IMG/VR virus record: IMGVR_UViG_2827179085_000005
Coordinates: 64,001-128,000 of that record
Origin: a virus
Lineage: Duplodnaviria; Heunggongvirae; Uroviricota; Caudoviricetes
Direction: 5' to 3' (one strand)
DNA length: 64,000 nucleotides
In this document: positions 23,263 through 32,993 of the stretch, piece by piece
Layout: every line of letters begins with the position of its first letter
How positions within the stretch are numbered: position 1 is the stretch's first letter
The notes under the pieces: model-generated
The model's input: only the letters and a program-made list of their open reading frames with translations
The model's database searches: none
Told to the model about the DNA's origin: nothing
Program-made: the position numbers and the translations under genes

Positions 23263-24855
23263 TTAGGAAAGCCCATGCTTTTTAAAGAGATGAGCATAAC
23301 CACTTGGATCAGGAGAGTCTTGGTTTGCATTAACACCAATTTTCACGCTGTATGTGGTTTTTGGTGCAGAGAATTTTGTAGTCTTACGACCAACCAACTC
23401 GAAGCACTTCGATTCGATTTGTTCCAGAGTGAAGTTGTGAATATTCTCTCGAATCTCAGCAACATCGGCATCTGAAAGCTTATCGAATTGAGAGATAACA
23501 CCTTCTGCCAAAGCTTCATGCTGTTCTTTAAGAACGTTCGCTTGGAACTCTTTCAGTTCAGTGTTCTCCTTCTCATACTGCTCGAAGCTGTTACGCATCA
23601 ATTCCAGCGCACCCTTTTCATCTGCTGTCAAGAACATTGGATGAACTTCTACTACATCATTGAAGGAAATTACGTCATTCTCTTTCCCATAACCAACTTT
23701 GTAGAATTTATTGCCCCAATCGTTCTCAACGATTACGTGCGAATCATAGACAGTCAAGATGTAAAACCATTCATCTGTATGTCCATTAGAAGCCATATGG
23801 GAATCAATTTGATTCCACATTTGACTGCGAATGTCGTCGTGAGACAACTCGAAATTCAGAGCGAACTTCTCAGGTGTAGACTCGCCGCCAGTGCCATCCT
23901 CTTGCGAGAACTGCTCTACTTCACCGCTTTCGTCACCTTCGTCTTTCTCATCGGAACTTTCTTCGCCATCGGAACCTTTATCGCCATTTTCTGATTCTGC
24001 TTCCATTTGCGTTTCAGGTTGCTCATCTTCTACTTCTCCTTGATCTGCAAATACTTCTGCAAGCTTTGCATCCAAGCCCTCAATATCATAAGTGTTTACG
24101 TCCACACCTTTTTCCACTAATGTGTCAATTGTAGTGGAGTACTTAGCCAGTAATTCATCAAGCGTCATTTTTTGTTCCACCTCCTTGTCTTGCTTTTTGC
24201 TGAAAGCAAGCTGAAATTCTGCAAGCTTTCTAGCAATCTCTTCTTGGTAAACATTAACATTTGCCGAGAACGATACCTCGACACTTGCATTCTGCATTGC
24301 AGGAAGAACATCTTGTCCAAGCAAACAAGCACCATAGAAAGCGAATTTCGTAAACACGAATACGCCATCTTCATTAAAGTAGCCATCATAGTCATCGTGA
24401 AGTTCCATAGACTGAGATACTTCACCATGAGTGTTTAAGATGTTGACTCCATCGTCAAATTTCGTCCACATCAATCCATCAACTACTAGGTACTCCAATT
24501 CATTATCGAAGTCACCTTTCTTCGTCTCGAATCGAGGATTGCAGTTTTCAGGAATTACTCCAAATGCTTGTCCAATATACTTGGATTTAAGTTCTCCACC
24601 TTCAACAACAAGCTCAACTTCATGTCCTCTAAAGTCTTTATCGCCCAATCTGGACTCTTCAATATATCCTAAAATTGGTGTGTTCTTTAGAGTGCTCATT
24701 GCTTCTTCAACAGCTTCCTTTGTGAAGATACTGTTATTGTAGTTCTGCCCTAAGTGCATAAGCCAAATCTTTACCTTCTGGAAACGTGTATCAATTTGGT
24801 CAACACTCTCAAACAGTACAGGAATAGATTTGAGTACATTCTTCATCTTTCTCAC
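23263..24855 (-). CDS. Prohead protease/scaffold protein
   Basis: N-terminal HLGQNYNNSIFTKEAVEEAMSTLKNTPILGYI...SQSMEL...GACLLG...PAM protease-like domain, then an acidic coiled-coil scaffold. Confidence 0.75.
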   Translation of the reverse strand: MRKMKNVLKSIPVLFESVDQIDTRFQKVKIWLMHLGQNYNNSIFTKEAVEEAMSTLKNTPILGYIEESRLGDKDFRGHEVELVVEGGELKSKYIGQAFGVIPENCNPRFETKKGDFDNELEYLVVDGLMWTKFDDGVNILNTHGEVSQSMELHDDYDGYFNEDGVFVFTKFAFYGACLLGQDVLPAMQNASVEVSFSANVNVYQEEIARKLAEFQLAFSKKQDKEVEQKMTLDELLAKYSTTIDTLVEKGVDVNTYDIEGLDAKLAEVFADQGEVEDEQPETQMEAESENGDKGSDGEESSDEKDEGDESGEVEQFSQEDGTGGESTPEKFALNFELSHDDIRSQMWNQIDSHMASNGHTDEWFYILTVYDSHVIVENDWGNKFYKVGYGKENDVISFNDVVEVHPMFLTADEKGALELMRNSFEQYEKENTELKEFQANVLKEQHEALAEGVISQFDKLSDADVAEIRENIHNFTLEQIESKCFELVGRKTTKFSAPKTTYSVKIGVNANQDSPDPSGYAHLFKKHGLS

Positions 24856-24860
24856 CCCCT

Positions 24861-26357
24861 TTAAGCGTTGGCATTATCATTATGACTTCCATCTCTTTGT
24901 GCTTCGCCTTTTGCAGTCAATTGGTCATCTTTCATTGGTGGTCTTCCACCCTGATCGTCTTGACCGCCTGACTGAGTGTGCGAAGAAGATAATGGAATGA
25001 AGTTACTCGTAAGCCCTAAGACTTGTTCTTCGAGGAAATTCATTGATATAACAGCACTAGGGGAAACACCAAGACAAGCACAAAGCATCAACTTTACAGG
25101 AAGACCATACTGAGCATTCTTTAATAGCGTTTCAGCATTTTCTTTCTTATTGAATATTGTGTTATCTAGTATTTTGAGCCTAAACTTAAAGGAGCCACTT
25201 ATCTCATTTTTGAGTTTTCCAGTCCCAATTCGTTCAAGCTGTCTGAGAACACCGAATACTTCCGACTCATCAACATTGATAGATTTTGCTAGGGTAGCAG
25301 AAGAATTACTGTCAGGGTTAAATAATTGTTTTGCTGTTCCTGCCGCTGTATAGAAAGCATTTTCGGAATTTGAAACATTATCAACCTCAGACTTATCTTT
25401 GCTAAACTCAACGGTATCGATCTCGAATGGAGTACTAAAGATACCTATTTCGTCTGGAAGAAGGCTTGCAGTTTTGTTATGAAACATTGAAACCGTTTTC
25501 AAATCAACCATAAAGTCATTATTTTTGTCGGAAGAATCCCTAAGTGGAATCTTCTCAATGATGAATTTGTAGTTTCCAATTACTGCGCTTGCCATACGCA
25601 AAGCCTTATAATCTTCGATATCGAAAATATCTCCAAACAATCCAGCAAACGGTGGCATATCATAATATGTTTCCTCATTTACCTTAATACAAATAGACCT
25701 TGCAGGGTCTACTTCTTGCCACTTCGGTTTTCCAGCTTTATAAGAGTTAAACATCTTTTTAAACTCTGGTGGATATAAATCCAACTCGACTGGATTTTTG
25801 TCGAAGAAGGAGCAATCAAAATTAAAAGTGTATACGCCATCGGCAATTCCACTAATTTGGCAGAACTCAAATGGTAGTTCTTTAATAAAGTACGAGTCCT
25901 TCGTATACAACTCAAAACCATAGAAAGTTCCAAGCTTCCACGCTGATACAAGAGCCTTGCCAAATTCATGACGAACGTTCATAAGTTCAACAAAATCAAG
26001 AGCTTTTAGGTAGTTACTACGTAGAGTCTTTTCATTGACTGACTTGGATGTATCTAAGCCATACAATTCTACGTAGTAATCAAGCGTTGGCATCTTAGCG
26101 TAGTAGTTTACAAGTCTTCGATAATGAGGACTTACATCATACAAAAACGCACTCATCCCCTGTAGTTCTTTGGAGTATCGCTTCGGATTTCCTAGCCATG
26201 TAGAAACATTATTCTTACTATATGTTTTCGTAGTTGACGAAGTATTTTTGCTAAGGTCTTTGATTACCAGTTCAGTCAACTTAGCATAATCCAATACAAC
26301 GCTGTCACGAACAAACATATTTTGCGGATTTTCGCTCATGGAAAATTCCCCTTTCAT
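24861..26357 (-). CDS. Portal protein
   Basis: 498 aa, directly downstream of the terminase; YRRLVNYYA motif. Confidence 0.8.
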   Translation of the reverse strand: MKGEFSMSENPQNMFVRDSVVLDYAKLTELVIKDLSKNTSSTTKTYSKNNVSTWLGNPKRYSKELQGMSAFLYDVSPHYRRLVNYYAKMPTLDYYVELYGLDTSKSVNEKTLRSNYLKALDFVELMNVRHEFGKALVSAWKLGTFYGFELYTKDSYFIKELPFEFCQISGIADGVYTFNFDCSFFDKNPVELDLYPPEFKKMFNSYKAGKPKWQEVDPARSICIKVNEETYYDMPPFAGLFGDIFDIEDYKALRMASAVIGNYKFIIEKIPLRDSSDKNNDFMVDLKTVSMFHNKTASLLPDEIGIFSTPFEIDTVEFSKDKSEVDNVSNSENAFYTAAGTAKQLFNPDSNSSATLAKSINVDESEVFGVLRQLERIGTGKLKNEISGSFKFRLKILDNTIFNKKENAETLLKNAQYGLPVKLMLCACLGVSPSAVISMNFLEEQVLGLTSNFIPLSSSHTQSGGQDDQGGRPPMKDDQLTAKGEAQRDGSHNDNANA

Positions 26358-28033
26358 CGTGATGGTTTTTTAACACCCCTTCCCATAAAGAAGGCTGAGA
26401 TATCGCCAATATCCTCTTCTCGCAACGTCTTATTGCGTTGTTCTTCGAGGTAGACCCAAAATAGCCCATACTCTAAAGCAGAGAATCTATCTTTCTGGAT
26501 AGATCGAGAAACTTGCTTTACTTCCGTTCTGTGACCAGACTGCTTGTACTCCAAGTTCATAATTTCTTCTTGTAGGAAGTCCGTCATCATATGAGGACGC
26601 AACAGTTCTGCAAGCCTATCGACATCTTTGTTCTTCATCTTCGCTTTAGCTTGGGATTCCGATTCTAGGAACTTAACTTGATTGTTAGCCATCCATTGTA
26701 TAAACAAGTTATGGATATCACTCGCGTTAGTATCCTTTGTCTGCGACTTAATCGCGAATATCATCGGTACACTATTAGAAGTCTTAAACTTGGCGTATCT
26801 TTCGTCATTCACGACTTCGTAAGGAGGATTAGAGTCAATTTCAAGTATTAATTGGTCAATCAAGCCCTGACCCAAACCATTGGCATCGACTACAAGTATT
26901 CTTGCTCGGAAATCATTTACTTTCTGCTTTAAGAACAATGCTTGTTCTCTAAAGTGACTGCCTTCAAACGTGTAGATATTAACTACATGTTTGGAATATT
27001 CGCCATTCCCCTTCGGAATGAGCTTAATGACAACCAATGCTGACTGAGCGTTTGCATTACCCTCTGAACGTGCAACGTCATATGCAAGTACATATTCAAC
27101 TGTCTTGTCAGAAACAGCTTTTTCTTCTGCATGATTCAACACTCTTGCTTTACGGAACGTTTCAAGGTCAACCAAAGAGTTCTCTGAGCTTCCAGACCAA
27201 ACGCTACCATACTCTCTCTGGAATGAGATTGGATTGAAGTTCGGAGACTCTTTTAAGTCATTAATGTAGTCCAGAGACAGAAGTCCGAAACCTGTTGCTA
27301 ACTCATATCCTGCACCCATTACATAAGCAGATTTCTTAGGGTCTGTAGAAACCATGTCGTACAAATACTCTTTTAATAGATTAAAAGCGAATGATTGCTT
27401 TGTCCCTGCTGTTGTTACTATTGTGATTTTCTTATGGAGTTCATAAGGGTCTTCGCCCCCAAAAGGACTGAATCTTGTATTCGCCATAATCGGAAGTATA
27501 ACTGTATTGAAATTTTCCTCATCAAATCGCTCATGAATAATCTCCTCCACTGATAGACCAGTTCTACGTAAACCCCGCGAAGATTCAGAGTTAGCTACAA
27601 CGTCAAGAACTGAGCCATTATGAAATATTAATTTCGTGTAATCCTTCTCAAATCGAATATCTCGCAATTCATTTTTTAAAATCGGCATAAAACTCCAAAT
27701 CGACTCGATATTTTGTTGAGCGATTTGAGAAGCCATCTGTTTCTGTGGTGCTGTAATCATGATTTTGCTGTTCGGGTAAACGATACATTCGATATACTTT
27801 CCAAGCACCTGAGTGAACGACTTTGCACTACCGCGTGTATACGTAAGGAAGGTTTTACGATATCGGAACATTACTCGAAGCATCATTCGTTGGTAGAATA
27901 ACAACTTAAACTTTGAATCTTTGGGAAGTATGAAGTCAATGAATAGGTCTGGATAAGACCTAAACAAAGCTAAATACTTCGCCCAATCCGTTGACATTTG
28001 CTCGAATGATTTAGCTCTTTGGTCTTTAATCAT
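26354..28033 (-). CDS. terL: Terminase large subunit
   Basis: Walker A-like TRGSAKSF, Walker B-like LSVEEII, nuclease motifs YDVARS, VDANGLG, KDRFSAL. Confidence 0.9.
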   Translation of the reverse strand: MIKDQRAKSFEQMSTDWAKYLALFRSYPDLFIDFILPKDSKFKLLFYQRMMLRVMFRYRKTFLTYTRGSAKSFTQVLGKYIECIVYPNSKIMITAPQKQMASQIAQQNIESIWSFMPILKNELRDIRFEKDYTKLIFHNGSVLDVVANSESSRGLRRTGLSVEEIIHERFDEENFNTVILPIMANTRFSPFGGEDPYELHKKITIVTTAGTKQSFAFNLLKEYLYDMVSTDPKKSAYVMGAGYELATGFGLLSLDYINDLKESPNFNPISFQREYGSVWSGSSENSLVDLETFRKARVLNHAEEKAVSDKTVEYVLAYDVARSEGNANAQSALVVIKLIPKGNGEYSKHVVNIYTFEGSHFREQALFLKQKVNDFRARILVVDANGLGQGLIDQLILEIDSNPPYEVVNDERYAKFKTSNSVPMIFAIKSQTKDTNASDIHNLFIQWMANNQVKFLESESQAKAKMKNKDVDRLAELLRPHMMTDFLQEEIMNLEYKQSGHRTEVKQVSRSIQKDRFSALEYGLFWVYLEEQRNKTLREEDIGDISAFFMGRGVKKPSR

Positions 28034-28926
28034 TCGTAATCACCCCTGTCAGAAGCCAACGTTCCATTTGCTTCTTCGAGTTGGTCGTGCAACTCGTCAG
28101 GGATTTGGGTTAATTTTTCGTGACCAAGTAACTGTCTGATATAATTGATGTGAACCAAGACAGCCATATCAACCAAGTCCATTCGTTCTTCGATTGGCTT
28201 TGGTTCCACATAGCCTTGTTTCTCAACTTCTTCAAATACAACACCGAAGGAACGCAAGCCACTTGCTTCGCTTGCACTCTTTCTATCAATAGGTCGGAAA
28301 CCAGACGATTGCAGAATCTTCTCGTAGCGGTCATTATAATTTTTAAATGCTGTACTATCTTCAAATGACCTATCTTGCCAAACTTGAAGCTTGCATAGAT
28401 ATATCAATTGCTTTTTCAACTGTGGAGTGTTAATGTCATGACTGTAGGACATGTCCTGATAAAACTTCTCCATCGTCAAGTATTCGCGGTTCGTATAGCC
28501 AGAACCAAACTTCATAGCGATATCTTTCGACAGCTTAATTACGCCTTCATCTGTCATGATTTCGTCCATATCTTCGATATCATCGAATTTATGCTTGTAG
28601 ATATCTGTCTGATTTTCTCCTTCGAAATCACTGTCAGCCCAACTCGAATTTTTATATTGCTGTAAAGAATTAATCATTCGGAAGTATGTGCCTACTGTGT
28701 CGCTCTCATTTTCTTCTGCTGATTTCCATACCTTCGCAATAAATGGCTTGTCGATACGTTGCAATGTCGTCTTTACGGATTCGATATCGTTTTCATCAAT
28801 CATATCTTTCAAGCATTTTTTACATAGTGGTACATGACCATCGAACATGATGCTAGTTGATGTATAGAAATCGCTTAACAACTTGCTTTTACCACATTCG
28901 CCTTTACACACTTTTCTTGTTGCCAT
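28030..28926 (-). CDS. Zn-finger protein, probable terminase small subunit
   Basis: N-terminal CxxxC...CxxC, overlaps the terL start by 4 nt. Confidence 0.55.
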   Translation of the reverse strand: MATRKVCKGECGKSKLLSDFYTSTSIMFDGHVPLCKKCLKDMIDENDIESVKTTLQRIDKPFIAKVWKSAEENESDTVGTYFRMINSLQQYKNSSWADSDFEGENQTDIYKHKFDDIEDMDEIMTDEGVIKLSKDIAMKFGSGYTNREYLTMEKFYQDMSYSHDINTPQLKKQLIYLCKLQVWQDRSFEDSTAFKNYNDRYEKILQSSGFRPIDRKSASEASGLRSFGVVFEEVEKQGYVEPKPIEERMDLVDMAVLVHINYIRQLLGHEKLTQIPDELHDQLEEANGTLASDRGDYE

Positions 28927-28948
28927 TTAATCACCTCTTTCAAATAAA

Positions 28949-28984
28949 AAATGACTGCCAACATATTTGTTGACAGTCATTTAA
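28949..28984. terminator. Hairpin, probable terminator
   Basis: AAAATGACTG.CAAC/GTTG.CAGTCATTT inverted repeat. Confidence 0.55.
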
Positions 28985-28986
28985 TA

Positions 28987-29406
28987 TCAGTAATTCACAA
29001 ATCCAGTTACAACTTTGAATCCATCTAAATTGTCAGGATTAACGCCTTCGTCAAAAACAAGCATCCATTTTGTATCTCTAAGCGTATCAATATTATGTTG
29101 AGATACAACTGGAACACACATATCGAAATTATACTTAATACACCTCACTTGGTATTCGTTAGGAACAACTAAAGCAACTTTCGCCATATTAGCAAATTTA
29201 GCTATTGCAGTCGTTTTTCCTATGCCACGAAGGTTGTTATCAATGTGAATATGTTTTCTCTTTACTGCACTCTCGATAATATAATCACTCAGCCACAACT
29301 TTAATTTGTCAGCAATAAACTCTCGGAAATCATCCATTATTATCACTACTTTCTTAGGCATTTTAAACATTTTGTAATTCAATTCGTTTAATTTCGATAT
29401 CTCCAT
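28987..29406 (-). CDS. Small protein with a P-loop-like motif
   Basis: RGIGKTTA and VFDEG motifs in a 139-aa ORF; start uncertain. Confidence 0.5.
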   Translation of the reverse strand: MEISKLNELNYKMFKMPKKVVIIMDDFREFIADKLKLWLSDYIIESAVKRKHIHIDNNLRGIGKTTAIAKFANMAKVALVVPNEYQVRCIKYNFDMCVPVVSQHNIDTLRDTKWMLVFDEGVNPDNLDGFKVVTGFVNY

Positions 29407-30616
29407 ATGAATTTACAACGATTACGCCTTGTGAAGCATTTGATAAGAACTTGCCTTTCATTGCGTAATTGTTTGCACCTTGCAATGAGCCTACATATAC
29501 TTCATATTTGTTCTGCCCAACCTCTTTTACAGAGTGGTGATGCAAATGCCCCATTGCTAGAACATTGTAACTTGTGTTGTCAATGTCAGCATGGCTTGCA
29601 AGCTTCTTGCTACCCTTTTCGTTGTCACCATGAACAAACTTCATTTTGTATCCTGCTACTTCAAACGAAGTACTGTAGTTGATATCATCAACTTCAACAT
29701 AAGAAATTCGTTCTGATCCAGCATTCTCGACAAATTCTTTAACCATGAAGTTGATTACGAAGATTGTAGAATCTCCGTCTATATTGTCACCTTTATCACC
29801 ATTCATGCGATCATGATTACCGCCGATTCCGCGATATGTTACATTAAATTCATCTGATAAATTGACAATAAAATCACGAATCAACTCGTAAGCTTTGACA
29901 ATTTGCACAGCGAGTGGAAATTCAGCTTCATGTGCCTGATTAACTTTACGCATACTTACGTGTTCTGTCATGTCACCCATACATACAACATCAATATCAG
30001 TAATACATTCGTCATGAGCAATCTTCTTGATTCGATCAAGATACTTCTTAATGCGCTTCTTGGCGATCTTATAGTTATAAGAATTGCCTTTTACATTATC
30101 AATAGTTGCTCCGATATGCCAATCAGACAATAGGACAACCATGCGTCCTGCACTTGATTCCAGTCGTTTTTGATAGACATATGTAGGAATGATTTCATTC
30201 AATTCTACCAGCAAAGCTTCTCGAACCTGTTCAGCGATTACACCGAGTAAAGTGATTTCTCGCTTCAATCTTCCAAGTTTTAGGTTCTCCATTTGTACTT
30301 CACGTTTTGTATAGTACAAATCACCAACAGCCTCTTTAATTGAATTAAGCTTGGAATCAGCTACTAGATCAGCTTGCTTTTCACGACTCTCAATAGTTCC
30401 TGTAGATACTTGATACGACTTAATCATCTGACGATAGTTTTCGCTGGATTCACTATCAAAGAATCCTTCTGCTTCCATCAATTTCTGATGAGTAACCCAA
30501 TTGGTTCGATGGCTAGGAGAAGCCATTTGAAGTTCGCGTTTGATCTGGACTGCTACGTCCAAGTGTTCTTGCGAAACAAAAATAACTTCTCCTTCCTTAT
30601 TAGTATAGGAGCGCAT
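29363..30616 (-). CDS. yonJ: Metallophosphoesterase (calcineurin-like), SPbeta YonJ-like
   Basis: SDWHIG, GD, GNHDR, HGD and GHLHH motifs, next to a YonK-like gene. Confidence 0.75.
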   Translation of the reverse strand: MRSYTNKEGEVIFVSQEHLDVAVQIKRELQMASPSHRTNWVTHQKLMEAEGFFDSESSENYRQMIKSYQVSTGTIESREKQADLVADSKLNSIKEAVGDLYYTKREVQMENLKLGRLKREITLLGVIAEQVREALLVELNEIIPTYVYQKRLESSAGRMVVLLSDWHIGATIDNVKGNSYNYKIAKKRIKKYLDRIKKIAHDECITDIDVVCMGDMTEHVSMRKVNQAHEAEFPLAVQIVKAYELIRDFIVNLSDEFNVTYRGIGGNHDRMNGDKGDNIDGDSTIFVINFMVKEFVENAGSERISYVEVDDINYSTSFEVAGYKMKFVHGDNEKGSKKLASHADIDNTSYNVLAMGHLHHHSVKEVGQNKYEVYVGSLQGANNYAMKGKFLSNASQGVIVVNSYGDIEIKRIELQNV

Positions 30617-30618
30617 TA

Positions 30619-30831
30619 TTATTCACCTTCCAGCTTGTCTTTCATGCTGACTGTGATAGACATTTCTTTTTCATCGTATTCAGAAAGAATTGCCGCTAAA
30701 TCATGAACTACTTCTTCTCCTGTTTCTGCATCAAGAACTTCAACAACCTTCATATCTTCCAGATTAAGATAGCCCTTTACTGCGTGACTCAATGTGCGTG
30801 TAGATTTCGGTTCTTTTGCCATCGAAAACAT
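30619..30831 (-). CDS. yonK: YonK-like protein
   Basis: VKGYLNLEDMKVVE...DLAAILSEYDEKEMSITV matches the remembered YonK pattern and synteny. Confidence 0.7.
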   Translation of the reverse strand: MFSMAKEPKSTRTLSHAVKGYLNLEDMKVVEVLDAETGEEVVHDLAAILSEYDEKEMSITVSMKDKLEGE

Positions 30832-30883
30832 CTCCTTTTATACTCGTATAATTATTTTTAAAAGATTTTAATATTGTTTTATA

Positions 30884-31027
30884 CTATTTTAAACTTTTGC
30901 CTTTCTCCAAACCCATGCGATATCCATGCTGAAACCCTTCATTGTATACAATTGCTTCACGCGCCTTCTCTGCATCGCGAATATACTTCGGCTTTTTGCG
31001 CTCCCTCTTATTCTTGTTTTCCTTCAT
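30884..31027 (-). CDS. Small basic hypothetical protein (47 aa)
   Basis: Strong RBS GGAGGTGA; MKENKNKRERKKPKYIRDAEKAREAIVYNEGFQHGYRMGLEKGKSLK. Confidence 0.55.
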   Translation of the reverse strand: MKENKNKRERKKPKYIRDAEKAREAIVYNEGFQHGYRMGLEKGKSLK

Positions 31028-31070
31028 AAGAAGTCACCTCCATGAGATTTGAAAGTACATACAACAAAAA

Positions 31071-31097
31071 GGGCAAGCCACTCAAAGTGACTTGCCC
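31071..31097 (-). terminator. Terminator after the HU gene
   Basis: GGGCAAG.CAC/GTG.CTTGCCC stem plus T-tract on the minus strand. Confidence 0.65.
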
Positions 31098-31112
31098 CAT
31101 CGTTTATTGAAA

Positions 31113-31397
31113 TTAAGCCTTCACAGCATTTTTGAGTGTAGCTTTCACGCTTGCATTGACTTTGCGAGTCTTGCCCTTTTGAACTTCTTCGCCTGTCTTT
31201 GGATTGCGTACTGTACGAGCCGATACATCCTTAACCTTAAAGGATACGATACCAGTAATATCAAGCTTCTCACCATCTTGAAGCGTAGGAACTACTTCTA
31301 GCACATGGTCAAATACACCATTTACTTGCTCACGAGCCGCCTTAATAGAAATACCTTGTTTTTCTGCATACGAACGAATGAATTGATCTTTAGTCAT
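31113..31397 (-). CDS. hup: HU-family DNA-binding protein
   Basis: MTKDQFIRSYAEKQGISIK...SFKVKDVSARTVRNPKTGE HU signature. Confidence 0.9.
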   Translation of the reverse strand: MTKDQFIRSYAEKQGISIKAAREQVNGVFDHVLEVVPTLQDGEKLDITGIVSFKVKDVSARTVRNPKTGEEVQKGKTRKVNASVKATLKNAVKA

Positions 31398-31416
31398 TTC
31401 GAAACATCTCCTTTTA

Positions 31417-31646
31417 GGGGTACCGCCAACAAAACGCGGAAAACGTACGCTAAGGGGAAAAATCCAGTAACATCGCTGATTTTCCGTACGCTAAGGAATG
31501 CAGCACAAAGTCAATTGTGTTGTATTAGTCCGGGTATTCATGCGGAACCGTTCCCTCTAACGCAACACAATTTAGACGTTCTCGGCTGGATCACGATGCA
31601 ACACAATTGTTAGCGTACGATTTTCGCGTTTTGCTGTCTCTACCCC
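31417..31646 (-). ncRNA. Candidate structured leader / ncRNA upstream of the HU gene
   Basis: The ends 31417-31453 and 31611-31646 are nearly complementary, with internal alternative pairings (see findings). Confidence 0.5.
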
Positions 31647-31747
31647 TTTTATCTCATAGATATTATTATTCGAGTTTAAGAATCTCCTGTACTTTCTTCG
31701 GCTTTCTTACACTCCTACATTACTAATAGAGTTTAGCTACATACTTT

Positions 31748-32857
31748 TTATACATTTTTGGCAACACTATCGTTTTGGTACTTATCTTTCCTACAGTTTT
31801 TGCAGATAGGTCGTAGCCCTGACTTCGATCTCTTATTAGGGCTGAAATACTTTTTAGTAGCAAGGTAGTTATTTTTACAGCAGTTGCAAGTCTTGTACTC
31901 GCCTCGAATGGCATATGTATAAACCCAATCTTCTCGTTGTTGCTTATACGTTTCTGCGATCATCGTAGGAAGTGTTTCTCGCGTAATCTTACTGAGACGA
32001 GGTTTTGTCATCTTGATGTTATACTTATCTTTGAGTGCTTCTATCATCTCATCGTATGACTGACCTTCTACCTTCCATACTAAAATGTCTTTCATATAGT
32101 CCTTAATTTCAGTCTTATCGATCAGTTCCTCGAATGCGAACATAATAATCTTCAAGTATCCAAATGTATCATCATAAGAGTATTCTTTAAGTTCTGCATA
32201 GTCTTCCAACAGGACTCTCATTGTTTCTACATCATCAAAACGTATAAACTCTAATTGGTGGAAGTCAGGATCAGATTTCGTTATATTCTGGAACCTGATA
32301 TATCCTTTCAACTCATTCTTAACAGCAATCTCATCTTTCTGAATGTCTGTCCGAATCCACTTCAACTTCTTTATTTCTGAAATTGAGAGCTTTCGCCCTT
32401 TGGAGTCAACTCCACTGTTAATGTGATGTGTAATGCGTTTAATCGCAACGCCTGTCTCTTCAAGTTCTTGATAATTCACTCTGTCTTTGTCACACACTTT
32501 GATTTTTGGAGTCTTGATGATGGAACGATTCGTTTCTTTGCGAACCTCTCGTACTTTCATTAGCTTTTCAATAGAAGCTTCCCTGTTGTTGTTTCTCTTC
32601 TGACGATAGTCTGTAATCGTATCTTCACTAGCATCACTGTCTTTTGCATATAAAAGGTAAGATGCCAGAGTTTCTAGGTCTTTCGCAACTCTTGTATTCT
32701 CGCTCAATAATCCTGTTTGATTGATATGAGGATTGTAGTGATTATCATAGTAATCAACAAGTTCTTCATCGTTATCTTTAACAATTTTATCAACGAGTTC
32801 CATTCTTTCTTCTATTGTAACGAGCGAGTAGTTTAGTGAATCCGATAGTTTATTCAT
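31748..32857 (-). CDS. Conserved phage protein with HTH-like segment and C-terminal Zn finger, possible late regulator
   Basis: C-terminal CNCC...FSPNKRSKSGLRPICKNC; own promoter TTGCGG-16-TATAAT near 32900-32927. Confidence 0.6.
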   Translation of the reverse strand: MNKLSDSLNYSLVTIEERMELVDKIVKDNDEELVDYYDNHYNPHINQTGLLSENTRVAKDLETLASYLLYAKDSDASEDTITDYRQKRNNNREASIEKLMKVREVRKETNRSIIKTPKIKVCDKDRVNYQELEETGVAIKRITHHINSGVDSKGRKLSISEIKKLKWIRTDIQKDEIAVKNELKGYIRFQNITKSDPDFHQLEFIRFDDVETMRVLLEDYAELKEYSYDDTFGYLKIIMFAFEELIDKTEIKDYMKDILVWKVEGQSYDEMIEALKDKYNIKMTKPRLSKITRETLPTMIAETYKQQREDWVYTYAIRGEYKTCNCCKNNYLATKKYFSPNKRSKSGLRPICKNCRKDKYQNDSVAKNV

Positions 32858-32993
32858 ATATTCAGCACCCCTTGGTGTATTATTTGTTCTCTACATTTAT
32901 AATTATAGTACTTTCTTTAGTACCCGCAAACTACCTATTTTATTTTTTATATGCCAAATAACCGCTATTTCTAGCGGCTACTTTCTTTAGAAA

